A DNA stretch of 64,000 nucleotides, from contig OX597814.1 of NCBI GenBank assembly GCA_951406725.2, positions 96,844,001-96,908,000 of the forward strand. Direction: 5' to 3'. The translations under genes were made by a program, and so were the position numbers. A model generated the notes under the pieces. The model was not told the DNA's origin and did no database searches. It worked only from the letters and a program-made list of their open reading frames with translations. Positions within the stretch are counted from its first letter, which is position 1; every line of letters begins with the position of its first letter. The DNA is from Octopus vulgaris (Eukaryota). Shown in pieces: positions 37,904 through 50,048 of this stretch.

Positions 37904-38620
37904 ATCATCATCATTTAACATTCAATGTCCATGCTAGCATGGGTTGGACAGTTTGACCAAGGCTGGTGAGCTGAAAGGCTGCACCAGACTCCAGTCTCAT
38001 TTGACTTGGTTTTCTATGGCTGGATGCCCTTCCTAACACAAACCACTCTGAGAGTATAATGGGTCCTTTTACATGCCACCAGCATGGGTGCCATTTGCAT
38101 GACACCGGTATCTGCCATGGCTGTGATTTTGCTCAGCTTGATGGGTCTTCTTCTCAAGCATGACATAATGCCAAAGGTCTTGGTCATTGCCTCTGTGAGG
38201 CCCAACACTTGGAAGGAACTCAACCACTTTACCTCCATGAGGTTCAACACTCAAAAGGAACTCAGCCACTTTGCTTTCGTGAGGCCCAATGCTCGAACGG
38301 TGCTCTTTACGTGCCACCAGCATGGGTGCCAGTTATGTGACACCAACATCAGCCATGACTACAATTTCACTTGGCTTGATGGGTCTTCTCAAGCACAGCA
38401 TATCGCCAAAGATTTTGGTCACTAGTCATTGCCTCTGCAAGGTTCAAAGTTTGAAGATCATGCTTTACCCCTTCATCCCATGTCTTCCTGGGTCTACCTC
38501 TACCACAGGTTTCCTCCACAGTTAGAGATCAGCACTTCTTTACACAGCTGTTCTCATCCATATGCATCACATGACCATACCAGCACAGTCATCTCTCTTG
38601 CACGCCACATCTCATGCCTC
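37904..38620 (-). mobile_element. RTE-X-type LINE 3' end with ORF C-terminus
   Basis: Minus strand RPRKTWDEGVKHDL, duplicated C-terminal segments, shared 3'UTR. Confidence 0.8.
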
Positions 38621-39872
38621 TTAATGCCTAACTTGAATGAAAATTATATATATATGAATGAATGGAAATTAAAATGAAAATTATATATATAAAATGAAAG
38701 TCATTAGGGCATCAGAAAGAATATCTTGTGTTTGTTCTGGCTTTGTGTCCAAATCTCCTCTGTTTTTCACCTTTCCAAGGTAAACACATATAGCACCAGC
38801 CAAAATGGTGTTTTGGTGGATGGAATGTTAGAGTATTGAGGGTTATGCCTCATGGTATCCATTTACACTCAGTGCATTCTGAGTTCAAATCCCACCTCCT
38901 ATTACCATAGGCAAACCAGTGATAGACTTAAAAAGTCTTTAAGGAACTACCCAAGTATTTCAGCTGATCACTCTCCATGGCAGTGTAGTAGCTTCCAGGA
39001 GAGAATCAAAACAGAGTTTTAAGTTTTGTGAATTCAGGCACCCAACAAACAATGATACATATATGTGAATGACGTGTGTGTGTGTGTGTAATGTTTTTAT
39101 GTAGTGTAGGGCTAGTTGTTTTAGAATAATTCTTCAACAGCTGTAGAATATTTTTGTGTTGTTGAGGAGACACAAAGCCAACATTTGTAGACCTTGATTG
39201 CAGAAATGGGAATGGGAGATAATCCATTGAAGTAATTCCAATATATTAATGGTACATATTTTATCAAAGTCAATCAGATGAAATATAAAAGTTAAGCCCA
39301 CTAAGATTTTTATCCAAAAATAAAGAATATCAGATAGTGTTGGCTTTATCAATTCAGTGCTTTGCTTAAGTAATACAACTTTTAAAGATATTGGAAAACA
39401 ATCTATGATCTATTGGGCCAATATTTATCTCTAATTCCTAATAATATTAAGCAGATGAGAGATAAATATCCACCAGGATAAGATACTAATCTAGCAGGTG
39501 TGACATTTTTTAGTAGTAGCATTGAACTGAACTATGTGAGCAAATAGAACATTCATTTTTCACTAGTCACAGCAGTGGATTGTTTCCTCTCTGCACAACC
39601 TAATTACTATTAGGTAGACTGAACTTGGTGGCTGATGCAATACAGTCCTAGTAACAGGATATGAACTACCAATCGCCCAGTTAGTTTGTTTGTTAACCTA
39701 TTGACTCGGCTATCACACTGAAGTGTTAAATGTTTCTTTATTCAAGACTAGCTTAAAAGCTGCACTCTGTGTGGACTTTTCAGCTAGCTCCTGCAGAGGG
39801 CTAATTGAGCCTGTGGCCCAAAACTAAAGAGAGCTAAATAACATGACTATAATATGTCTATAATAACTATAT

Positions 39873-40056
39873 AGGCGCAGGAGTGGCTGTGTGGTAAGTA
39901 GCTTGCTTACCAACCACATGGTTCCGGGTTCAGTCCCACTGCGTGGCACCTTGGGCAAGTGTCCCCTACTATAGCCTCGGGCCGATCAAAGCCTTGTGAG
40001 TGGATTTGGTTGACAGAAACTGAAAGAAGCCCGTCGTATATATGTATGTATGTATG

Positions 40057-40112
<56 letters not shown>

Positions 40113-40322
40113 CATGTATGTTTGTGTGTCTGTGTTTGTCCCCCTAGCATTGCTTGACAACCGATGCTGGTGTGTTTATGTCCCCGTCACTTAGCGGTTC
40201 AGCAAAAGAGACCAATAGAATAAGTACTGGGCTTACAAAGAATAAGTTGCTTGACTAAAGGCAGTGCTCCAGCATGGCCACAGTCAACTGACTGAAACAA
40301 GTAAAGGAGAGAGAGAGAGAGT
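39873..40322 (+). mobile_element. full-length tRNA-derived SINE (family B)
   Basis: Near-identical to 2139-2545. Confidence 0.9.
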
Positions 40323-41129
40323 ATATGCCACAGTGGTGTTTGATCAGGGGTTAAGGATGGATGAGAATTAATTCTGTAATGCAATCATTCTATTGTTCCA
40401 GTCCAAGTTGAATTCCAGCTGTTGGCCAATTCATCCCAAAGTTATTATCTTGATGTAAAATTAACGAAGTGAATGTCATTTATCTCCCCACTTGCTCTCT
40501 GACAGCATCTGATAAATGCCAACCAAGATGGTATGAATCAGCCAAGCTTTACCTGTTAGAAATAGCAACCCAAATACTTTAAAATATTTCCACATGCAGT
40601 CATTGTATTTTGTATGGTACTGTACATAGTCAGTTGTTCATCAGTTTTCAAATGAAATAATATATTACTGTTTCTGATATGCAATGTGCATACAGAATAT
40701 TAAGATGAATATTTTAATATTCTGTTTAATGATTTTTAGATATGTATATCTTGCAACATTAAGAGGAGTCATTGAAATTCATTTGTAGAGAGGTAAAAGC
40801 TGAACTAAACTGACTATATTAATGTTCATACGTGTAATCACTAATGTGCAGTTTAGATAGAACTAATGATATATAGTGTTTCTCAGATTGACACTATTCA
40901 TTGAACTTGAGAAAAAGCAACAATAATGTTTCATAGTATATTGGAAATACTGAGAACAAACAAAAAGACATTTCTAAAATCCATTGCTACAGTGGTAGGC
41001 ATGTGTAATGCTTTTTGCTAAACCAGGCATTTCAAGTATAAACTGATGGTTTCTAATGTTTCTTTTAAACTTGTGTATTGAAATGGTTTCTGTTAGCAAA
41101 AGTTTGAGTTCTCTCTTTACTTATTGGAT

Positions 41130-41560
41130 GCTACCCACTCAAAAACTACTGATATAATCCCAGCTACGCCTGGGTAAGACAGATATCAGACAATCAGCTC
41201 CCCCAAAACTGTTTTATAGCAAGCTACAAAAGAAGCTGTCTCAGAGATTACATGATGCAATATGAGATGCTTAAATCATATCTAAAACCGTTTGCCATAA
41301 ATCTTGCCACTTGAAGTATACCATTGGACCAGGTTAAATAGTGCTCCTTATTGCTCAAAGACCAACATGCAACAGAGCAAAGGAGGCAAGCTAGGAAGAC
41401 CAGAGCAAGTAGTCTTCAAGATAAGCTCCCCATCATCACTTCTAACTGCCAAAGTACTTTTTGTAAAAGAGATGAGTCTCATTAACCATTTGTACACTCA
41501 TCTGATTGACAGAGTGAGTATACAGCTGAATGATAAGGCCAACAGACTTGTTGAAGTGTG
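41130..41560 (+). mobile_element. old RTE/BovB-type LINE 3' fragment
   Basis: QLR..PKLFYSKL..LKSYLK and terminal MSLINHLYTH. Confidence 0.55.
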
Positions 41561-42101
41561 GGACCCATAACAGCCAAATCACACATGTCTGAAGACTGAA
41601 CTCCCCTATTTATAGTCCTGCTGACATTTCTATTAAAATGCATTTTCCTGTAGCATATTCTTTCTTCTCCTTCATCCTGTAACATACCAAACTTTCCCAT
41701 ACCCCCTTGTCCACAGTTTAAAGGACAATTTCTGCAAGCATCACCATTCGCATCTATAATGACACTCAGGACATTTGCAAACCTATGGTTTGCTATTTCA
41801 ACTTGTCAGTGTATTCCATTGACAATATCTTATTTTGAGACTACTACACACCACTGATCCTTTTATATACATAAATATAAGAAATGCCCTGCCTTCATTA
41901 TTGATATGGCTTCACTAACAAGCATAAACAATCAGTTTTCCTTTTCCTAATTCATACTCCCATTTCCTGATTTTAACTCTTCTTCTCATTGATGTTCCCA
42001 TCTCTTACAGCCATTCAGTGGCCTTTCTATTAACCTTATTTCTTTTCCTGCTTATTTGTATAAATTTCTGTGTATAAGTAAGTGTATGTGTGTTTATGTA
42101 T

Positions 42102-42780
42102 GTCATCATCATCATCATCATCGTTTAACTGCCACTTTCCATGCTGGCATGGGTTGGATGGTTTGACTGAAGACTGGTGAGCCAGAGGCTGCACCAGGCT
42201 CAATCTAATCTGGCAAAGTTTCTACAGCTGGATGCCCTTCCTAATGCCAACCACTCCGAGAGTGTAGTGGCTGCTTTTACGTGCTACTGACACGAGAGCC
42301 AGTCATGCGGTTCTGGCAATGACCATGCTCAAAGGTGTTTTTACGTGCTACATGCATGGGAGCCAGGCTGGCTGTACTGGCAATGACCATGCTTGAATGT
42401 TGTTTTTCACATGCCACTGGCATATGTACTGGTAAGGCAACACTGGCAACGATCATGCTCAAATGGTGCTGTTCATGTGTCACCAGCATGGGAACCAATC
42501 CGTGGCTCTGGCAATGATCATGCTTGGATGTGCTTTTAACGTTCCACTGGCACGAGTGCCAATCAGGTGGTACTGTCATCGGCCATGTTAGCGGTTTTGA
42601 TTTATTTACACTTGCTTCAGTAGGTCTTCACAAGCAAAGTTCATTGTCCAATGAATGAGAGATACTCATAAGTGGGCTGGTTACACCCTATGTTCGGGTG
42701 TGCTTTCAACGTTCCACTGGCACGAGTTTCAATTAGGTGGTGCTGTCATCGCCCATGTCAGCAATTTTGATTTTGATCTG
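42102..42780 (-). mobile_element. RTE-X-type LINE 3' end with minisatellite
   Basis: (CAT)n, ggatgcccttcctaatgccaacc, about 5 diverged units. Confidence 0.8.
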
Positions 42781-43264
42781 CATGAATTAACTTCTACAGT
42801 TTGAGAAACAAGTTGTAAAATAAATATCTTAAGAGTTTAATCAAACCAATATTCCTTTTCTCTTTTATGTTGAGTATAAAGTTTGAAAATGATTCTCCAA
42901 ACATCATACTAATCCATTAATAGTTTGGTTATTCATATATAGGAAATATAAAGTGGCAAGCTGGCAGAATTATTATCACACTGGGTAAAATGCTTAGCAA
43001 TAGTTCTTATTTCTTTATTGCCCACATATTACCCAAATATTCTAGTTGTTCTATGCTCAAACCAGCCAGATCCAGCCTATCAAATCTACCCCACAATGTC
43101 ATTCTAAAAATAGGCTAAAGATAAATCACATCATCAGAATCTCAAAACAACAAGATAATGTATGGTTAATTCTAAACAATGTGAAAAATAAGCATCACAT
43201 TTGACAATGTTATTAAAGAGTTGAGAAAACAATACGCTATGAATAGTGATGTTGTAGAGATAAA

Positions 43265-43610
43265 CAAGCATACACATACACACACATATGCAACAAGCTT
43301 CTTTCAGTTTCTGACTACCAAATCCACTCACAAGGCTTTGGTCAGCCTGAGAACTGAACCCAGAACCATGTGGTTGGGAAGCAAGCTTCTTTACCACACA
43401 GTTATGCCTGTACTCTGTATGTTTGTCCTCCAAACATCACTTGAGAACTGATCTTGGTGTGTTTACATCGCCATAACTTAGCAGTTCAGCAAAAGTGACT
43501 GATAGAATAAGTACTAGGCTTAGAAAGAATAAATCCTGGGGTCAACTTCTTCAACTAAAGCCCTTTAAGGTGGTGCTCAAATAGCCAAAACAAGTGAAAG
43601 GGAGAAAAGA
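43265..43610. mobile_element. family B SINE with head inverted relative to tail
   Basis: Head on minus (~43265-43410), tail on plus (~43415-43610). Confidence 0.7.
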
Positions 43611-44274
43611 TACACACACACATACACACACACACACACTCACACACACACACAATTCATTCAGAATCTAAATCAGTACAAAATTGATGCAAATATTTTT
43701 AGAATGATATATTGGAAACCCTACATACATAGGAAACCCTACATACATATGGAGTTAAATGATATGCTTAAGGATAGATTTTAATGTAATTGAAATAAAT
43801 TCATGAAATAAACAGAAGTGGTATGTTTCTCTTGAATCAACAAGGAGTATTTAACAAATTGATAAGATGTGCTACTCAAAATAAACATGTCATTTTTAAA
43901 CTGGAAGTGTTAATTTTTATAGCCAAAATATTCAATTGCTAATTAGAAATACTTTTAAGGGTTTCATAAAAACTTACTTTCTTTTAATTTTTTTATTTTA
44001 ATGGGTGATCAAAAAAAATCTAATTCATAGAAATTGTTTCTAAAATAAGCTTTCTGATTAGTAAAAGAATGTAAAACAAAACAGATGGTAAGAGTGTTGA
44101 TAAATAATTTTTTTGATATTGTTTGAAAGAAGAATCTGAAGTTGGCCTCATTCATTGACTCTTCAAAATGAAATAAAAACTGGAATTCAAATCATACAAA
44201 TGGAATTCAAATCATTCTAATTAATACTTCTCAAATTCATGTTAATTTAGTATAGTATGGAAATTTGTTTAAAG

Positions 44275-44992
44275 AGAATGTTCTTGAGAGGAAGTAAATT
44301 ATGGAATAGGCACGGGTGTGACTCTGTGACACAGGCATGGCTGGGAGGCACAGGCACAGGTGTAACTGGGGGAAACAAAGCATAGCTGGTAGGCAGTAGT
44401 GAGGTGCAGCTTAGCTGGGTGGCACAGTTATGGCTTGGGAGGCACAGGCATGACTGGGAGACACATGAATAGCTGAGAAGCATGGGCACAGTTTTGGTTC
44501 ATAAGATTAAGCTCAAGGTGGTTTTGTCATTTACACATGCCATCCTTGCTACATTCACCCATCTTTTTTTGAAACATTCACTAGACAAAACTTCCCTCTC
44601 TACTCTCACCTTCCTCTTCAAGTGATACTCGAAGAAGTTGATGAGAGATTCACCAGAGAGGAATGTGTTTGTCTGTAGACCTTTCAGACGCATCTACCAT
44701 ACACATTCTTTCGCCATAGCCACAATTATGTTGAAAATGGCTCTTCCTTCCTGTTTCAAGGAAGGAGGTGCAACAATATTCACGATAGACTCGGATGATA
44801 AACTGAATTGTTCCACATGCAATAGCAGTCGTTCGACATAGGCTCACAGGTCAGAAATGGTTGGACACTGTACGAGTGTGTGCAGAACAGTTTAATTGCT
44901 CTGACTGCATCTCAGGCAGGTCAGCCCCATGTTCCTGAAGCCATGCCTGTAGAACTTATCCCGAACAAGTAGCGCTTCTCAATAGCACTGCC
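44275..44992 (-). mobile_element. L1/Tx1-type LINE 3' end (zf-RVT-like CCHC region)
   Basis: Minus strand CLRCSQSN*TVLHTLVQCP, AMAKECVW*MRLKGL..FFEYHLKRKVRVERE..KRW. Confidence 0.8.
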
Positions 44993-46239
44993 ATTTGCTG
45001 AAATTTTCTTGAGAACACACTCTTCATGGTAAGGAAATTTGATGTCTATCTTTAGCATATTAGGAATCCATTTTGGTAGTCATTCCTCTTAATTTTGTAT
45101 GTAATATAATTTTTAATCTTCAGATTTTTTAAATATTCTAAGCCACTGGTTTTAATTGATTAATATCAATTTCTACCCTTGTTATTTAATTTTAAGTATA
45201 TATATATATATATAAATATATATGTATAAGTTTTCACGGTGTATTGTTTACTTAAGGCCTAGTCAGAAATTTATAAAATTATCCTAATTTGAAAACCAAC
45301 ATTTAACATGTATAGAAACCTGTTACATAAAAGAATTACACATATTGTGTAGATACTCTATATTTAAATGCAAAAGGAAATTGATGAGAAATTTGATAAG
45401 TATAACTGAAGGAAAACTAAGTTCAAATAATATGAGTTCACTCTAAAGTGCACAAAATGGTCAAAACTTAATTGAGAATAGCCATAGTAGAATGAAGCTA
45501 AAAGCAAACTAAGTCTGCTATGTAGAATTATTTCCTAGTTAGGGATTTTTTGATTGCTACAGAATACCAAAAAATCAATGAAGCTGTATCCTATAACAAA
45601 GAGTCAAATAACAGAAAAATCTTTAGCACTAGTTGTATGAAATTCAGAAATTTCTTGTTCCTTCTAATCAAAGTAATTATCTTTATTTGGATTAACACTG
45701 TACCTGCTGACACAGAAAATAGTCACAACTGATAGGAATGACCTTTTAAATGCTTATGCAATCTAGAGTAAACGGAAATTATTTACTTCAATTGGGATTT
45801 ATAGGGACTGACTAAGAATAGATGTAGGAAATATATTAATAACTTTAATCATCTTCTAATGGGTTAAAATAATCAATACTAACTATCAACACAAGCAGAA
45901 ATATGTTAAGGTAAGGAATTATTGTGTGTAATAGGGGGAAATGATATCAGACTTATAGCTTGAGGTCTCTGATAGACTGAAACAAAATAAAATGAAAAGA
46001 AAAAAGAAAAAAATGGCAAGACAATTAAAAGGTCAAGAAAGAAAGTTAAGTGTGTCGGAGAATTATGTAGGACATTGAAATGTAAGAGAAACTATGGTTG
46101 AATAAACTAATTGAGTGTATTTTTTTCCTCTCTCTATCTCCCCCCCCTCTCTCTCTCTTCTTTTCTGTTAGAGGAAAAGGAACAGTACTCATGACCTTTG
46201 CAGTCATGACCTCATAGTTTGGTGCAATCACTACTATTA

Positions 46240-47950
46240 ATTTTCATTTTGAATGTCTGTAGAGAGATGTGGACCGGAAAAACTGGTGGGAGAGATTTCC
46301 AGTTCTGAGGGGGAATGATTGGGAAAAGTTTTTATTGTGATATCTAGAGGTTGAAATACAGCGATAACGAGAGAAGTACACATTGGTGAACCTGACTTTC
46401 TTTGGGCTGATTTATATGTATTGGCAGTATCATTACTAGTTATGCAAACAGTACTTTAATGTAAACCTTGAGCTTTGTAGAGGGTCAACTGTTGATAAGA
46501 CTGAAGTGTTTTCTAAATGTGAAAAGGAAACTTAGTCTTTAAGATACAGTTTTGACAATGCAATACATGTAAGGTTACTGTTAAAGATCATCAGAGATTA
46601 TGAAGCCATCAGCTTTGAGGAATTTAATTGTAAGTTGTTCATGTGTAAGGAGGGTGGAAAATATAAGAGTTTCCTGACAAATGTGCTTGATGCTATTGAA
46701 TGAGCCTAGATTATGTTGACCCCATTGTAGGATGTTTTCAAAATGTTTCTGTTCATGGAATCAGTGCTTGGGGTTTCTATATTGTATATGCAACTGTATG
46801 TAGAAAGATATGCTGGAGTGTGTGTGTTTATATAACAAAAGTTGATCATTTAATGTAGAGGAAAAAATCTCAATAACATAAGCAAAACTTGGGCTTTTCT
46901 ATAGTTTATGGAACAGCATCAAACATTGTACTGGAGTAGTTTGAAAAGAAACTTCTGATCCCAGAGATGAAAGGCAGATGGGGGCCACAAGCCAGGAACT
47001 TAACTAGGAGAGCACCATTCTTAATAATGCTGAAGGTTTTTCTGATGTCAAGAATGACAATCTTCCTTTCACCAAAATTTTTCTCAAGAGTGAAAGGCCA
47101 TTAGTATGTAAGGAAGAAAAGTATGTCTCCTATAGTTATGATCTCTACAGAAACCATGCTAATCAGTCAATGAAAACAGATTTAAAGTGAGAAATAGGTT
47201 GCTGATTTCAACTATCTCTATCATCTTTGCAATTCATGAAGTGGTTGGTGTTAGGAAGGGCATTCATCTATAGAAACCATGTCAAAACTGACTGCATCTG
47301 TCACATTCCCGTCCCCCCCCAACCTTCTCACATACTATTATCCCAAGCCTACACACCATTATTTCACACTATCCCACACTACAACACATACCTGCACACC
47401 ACCACACAAACAAGAAACTATATGCACCCCTATCTCACACACACAAACAAACAGTCTCTGTGGTATATTTCTAAAGATCCCTCTGACAAGAGAAAAATTG
47501 AAGGATTTGGACAAGATAGAAGTGAATGGTGAAATACTGTTTAAGGATAAAAGAAGATAACTGGGGGAGGAAGTCAGAGCAATCAGAGATGTTTTTGAAA
47601 ATGGTGACTGTGTTTGCATAATGATGAGACTGGTGGATTAAATGAGGAGAGTTTAAGATGCTTCACTGCAAGTGTGCAGTGTTTGAAGCAAAGCTAATAG
47701 TTTAACACACATTAAGAACCCCTAAATGCTTGGTTTGGGAGCAGGAGTAAGAGGAAGAACCTTTAAGTTTGTTGAGATCCACTTTTCAAGGGACCAGAAA
47801 GCCAAGTTGTAATGTGGAAATCAAAAGAACTTGCAGGCCATACAGTGCACAAAACATTATATATATTTGAATAATCACAGATAAGAACAATTTGCAAATC
47901 TTGTAGACACTTTTTGTTGTTGTTAAGAATACCAAGTCAGTTTTGCATGT
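46240..47950 (-). mobile_element. very old CR1/Jockey-group LINE remnant
   Basis: Minus strand ILSKSFNFSLVRGIF, QLTLYKAQ, WKSLPPVFP. Confidence 0.5.
47241..47452 (+). repeat. ~210-bp segment duplicated at ~61726-61916
   Basis: Identical start gtggttggtgttaggaagggcattcatctatagaaaccatgtcaaaactgactgcatctgtcacat and a shared CA-rich continuation. Confidence 0.85.
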
Positions 47951-50048
47951 GGAAGCTAATGATTAGTGTATACGAGCCTGGTGCAGCTGCTGGTTCTTCA
48001 GACCTCAGTCAAACTGTCCAGCCCATGCCAGTATGGAAAACAGACGTTAATCGATGATGATGATGAAGGTGTAAATGCACTTGAAACCCAGAATAGAAAG
48101 AAGGCAAAATAAGATACAAAAAATAAAAATTTTTAGCAAATCAAAGAGCAATAACAAAAATTGATATTTTTTAACAGATTAACCACCATTGCCAATGCAC
48201 TTTGTGTGTGTGTGAGTGAGTGTGTGTGTGCACCTATCTCTCTCTTGTGGCTGAGATTATTTTCTGTTACAAGTAAGATTTTTTTGAGTATTGTTGATCT
48301 CATAACAGATTTTTGATGTGTAAGACATGGTATTTATTACAATGTGACTGTTACTTTATTTACACCTTGTTATTGTTTAGTCCCAAGTTAGCCTTAATGA
48401 AGCAGACCTATGATCAAAGGCCATCCAGCCTGTCTTTTTAAGGGTGTTTAGAAATACATTATCCTGGGTATCATTTACTTTTTCATGACAGTACATTGTC
48501 ATGTGAGGGAAATTTAGCTGCTATTTCTAGTAGATCAAGTAACAACATAGAGGCTCCATTATGTTTTACTAGTTTGTTTTTTTTTCCAATCAATTGAAGC
48601 ATGTTGCATCTGTTTTGACATCCAATCTATTTTTATATGATCAATATCTCAAGAGTAGTGTATAGTATTTCAGTTCTTTAAGATGTATTAACTATTAAGA
48701 CAATAGTAAGCTTTGATAGAAACATCATCTCGTATTATTTTTATGTTATGTTGTTTTCATGAATTATATCAAATTTTACTGTTAGTCTATAACTTGTTAT
48801 GGCTATTTCATCATTCTATCACAGCTTTGAAGATTCTATAAGTGTCCAAATAATTAGGAATTGTTAATGCAATTTTTTTTTATAGCAGAATCTTATGCTT
48901 AAAACTCAGCGTCTAAGTAGACTAAAACAAAAATATAGAACAATAACCCACTTGTTCAGTAACTTGATCACACAGGTGCTTCACCTGTATAGTCACCATA
49001 TCTCTCTGTTATTCAAATCACATTTTGAAAATTAAAAGCACATTTATCCTTCCATAAAATTAGTGCACATGTTTGTGTATATGTATGTATGTGTGTGTGT
49101 ATGTATATGTGTATGTATCTGTATGTTTATGTATGTATGTGTGTGTGCCTCTACATGTTTATGTATGTGTGTATGCACATATAACATATAATCACCCTAC
49201 TTGCATAAATACCTACAAATAATGCCTAGCAGCAAGTCATTAATCCATCTTGCACTGAAAATCATGTTTAAATTGTTTTCATACCTGGCAAACAATCAAA
49301 TAGTTTCTGATTTCCTTCCAATCAGTCAGGTGAAAGCCCAGCTTATGTATCACTGCTCTTCTGTTACCTTTACAATGGAGAAGTTGATGATGAGTAAAAA
49401 GTCTTACATCATTGTATTTCTACTATTCAAATATGTATATATTCTTACTCATGTACATAAACAATAGAAGGGAATGTACATTTTTTTACACATAGTTATG
49501 TAGACCATTTAACACTCGAGTATAGATGTATCTTTGCATGTACGTAAATAAGTGTTTGTGTCATGATGTTGCAACTATATGCATGTCTATTTCACACACA
49601 CATATACATATATAAATGTTTTTATATATAACCATGCAGTCTGATTAGCTTTGTGGAACTGTATAGCATAGTTCTTTTTATTTTCTCTGGTTTTATAAAT
49701 TATGGTAAGATTATTGTTTGATGTGACTGATTTCTTAAAATCATTTCCTAAAATATGCCTATGTTTACTGCACAATTCATACTATTTAAAAACTATGTAT
49801 CAATTAAAATCTTCCCCAGGAAATATAATAGATTTCAAATTCCTAACCAACAGTTGTGTCAGAAATATAATGAATCATGATTTTGAAACTCCATCATTGT
49901 TTTGCAAATTATTTTTTAAGAATATTTTTCATCTTTCCATACAAATACATGCATATTATTTTCACCTTCCCATGAAAGACTCTCTCAAAATCATTTATTT
50001 GCGAAGTAAAATTCACAGAAAACCCTTACCACATACTGTTTTGCAACA

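Larger units (their letters stand above)
32015..45830 (+). pseudogene. fragmented Toll-like receptor-like (LRR-TM-TIR) pseudogene
   Basis: Collinear + strand remnants: FYKHLHCLKAVRFS (32069), NIKYLYL..LNAPTFED (~32324), HLRVLFSNHIFL/QLLPGYLF (34449), VYLDMCSNNF (34570), LLDFSDAGYLMYVPAGTL (35033), FIDLSCTNLS (35353), NLTQDLPFSVF (35843), KLEVLI (43898), RNTFKGFIK (43945), TM-like KPLVLI/LISISTLVI*F*VYI (45140), TIR-like RDFLIA..KINEAVSYNK (45541), KVIIFIW..VP, YFNWD/YRD*LRI (45784). Many stops and frameshifts. Confidence 0.62.

Noticed and set aside
43680-43790. TIR box-3-like reading (..YIGNPTYIWS..DRF)
   Set aside because: It depends on a short tandem duplication (ggaaaccctacatacata x2) and lies upstream of further LRR remnants; the 45.5-45.8 kb segment fits TIR much better.
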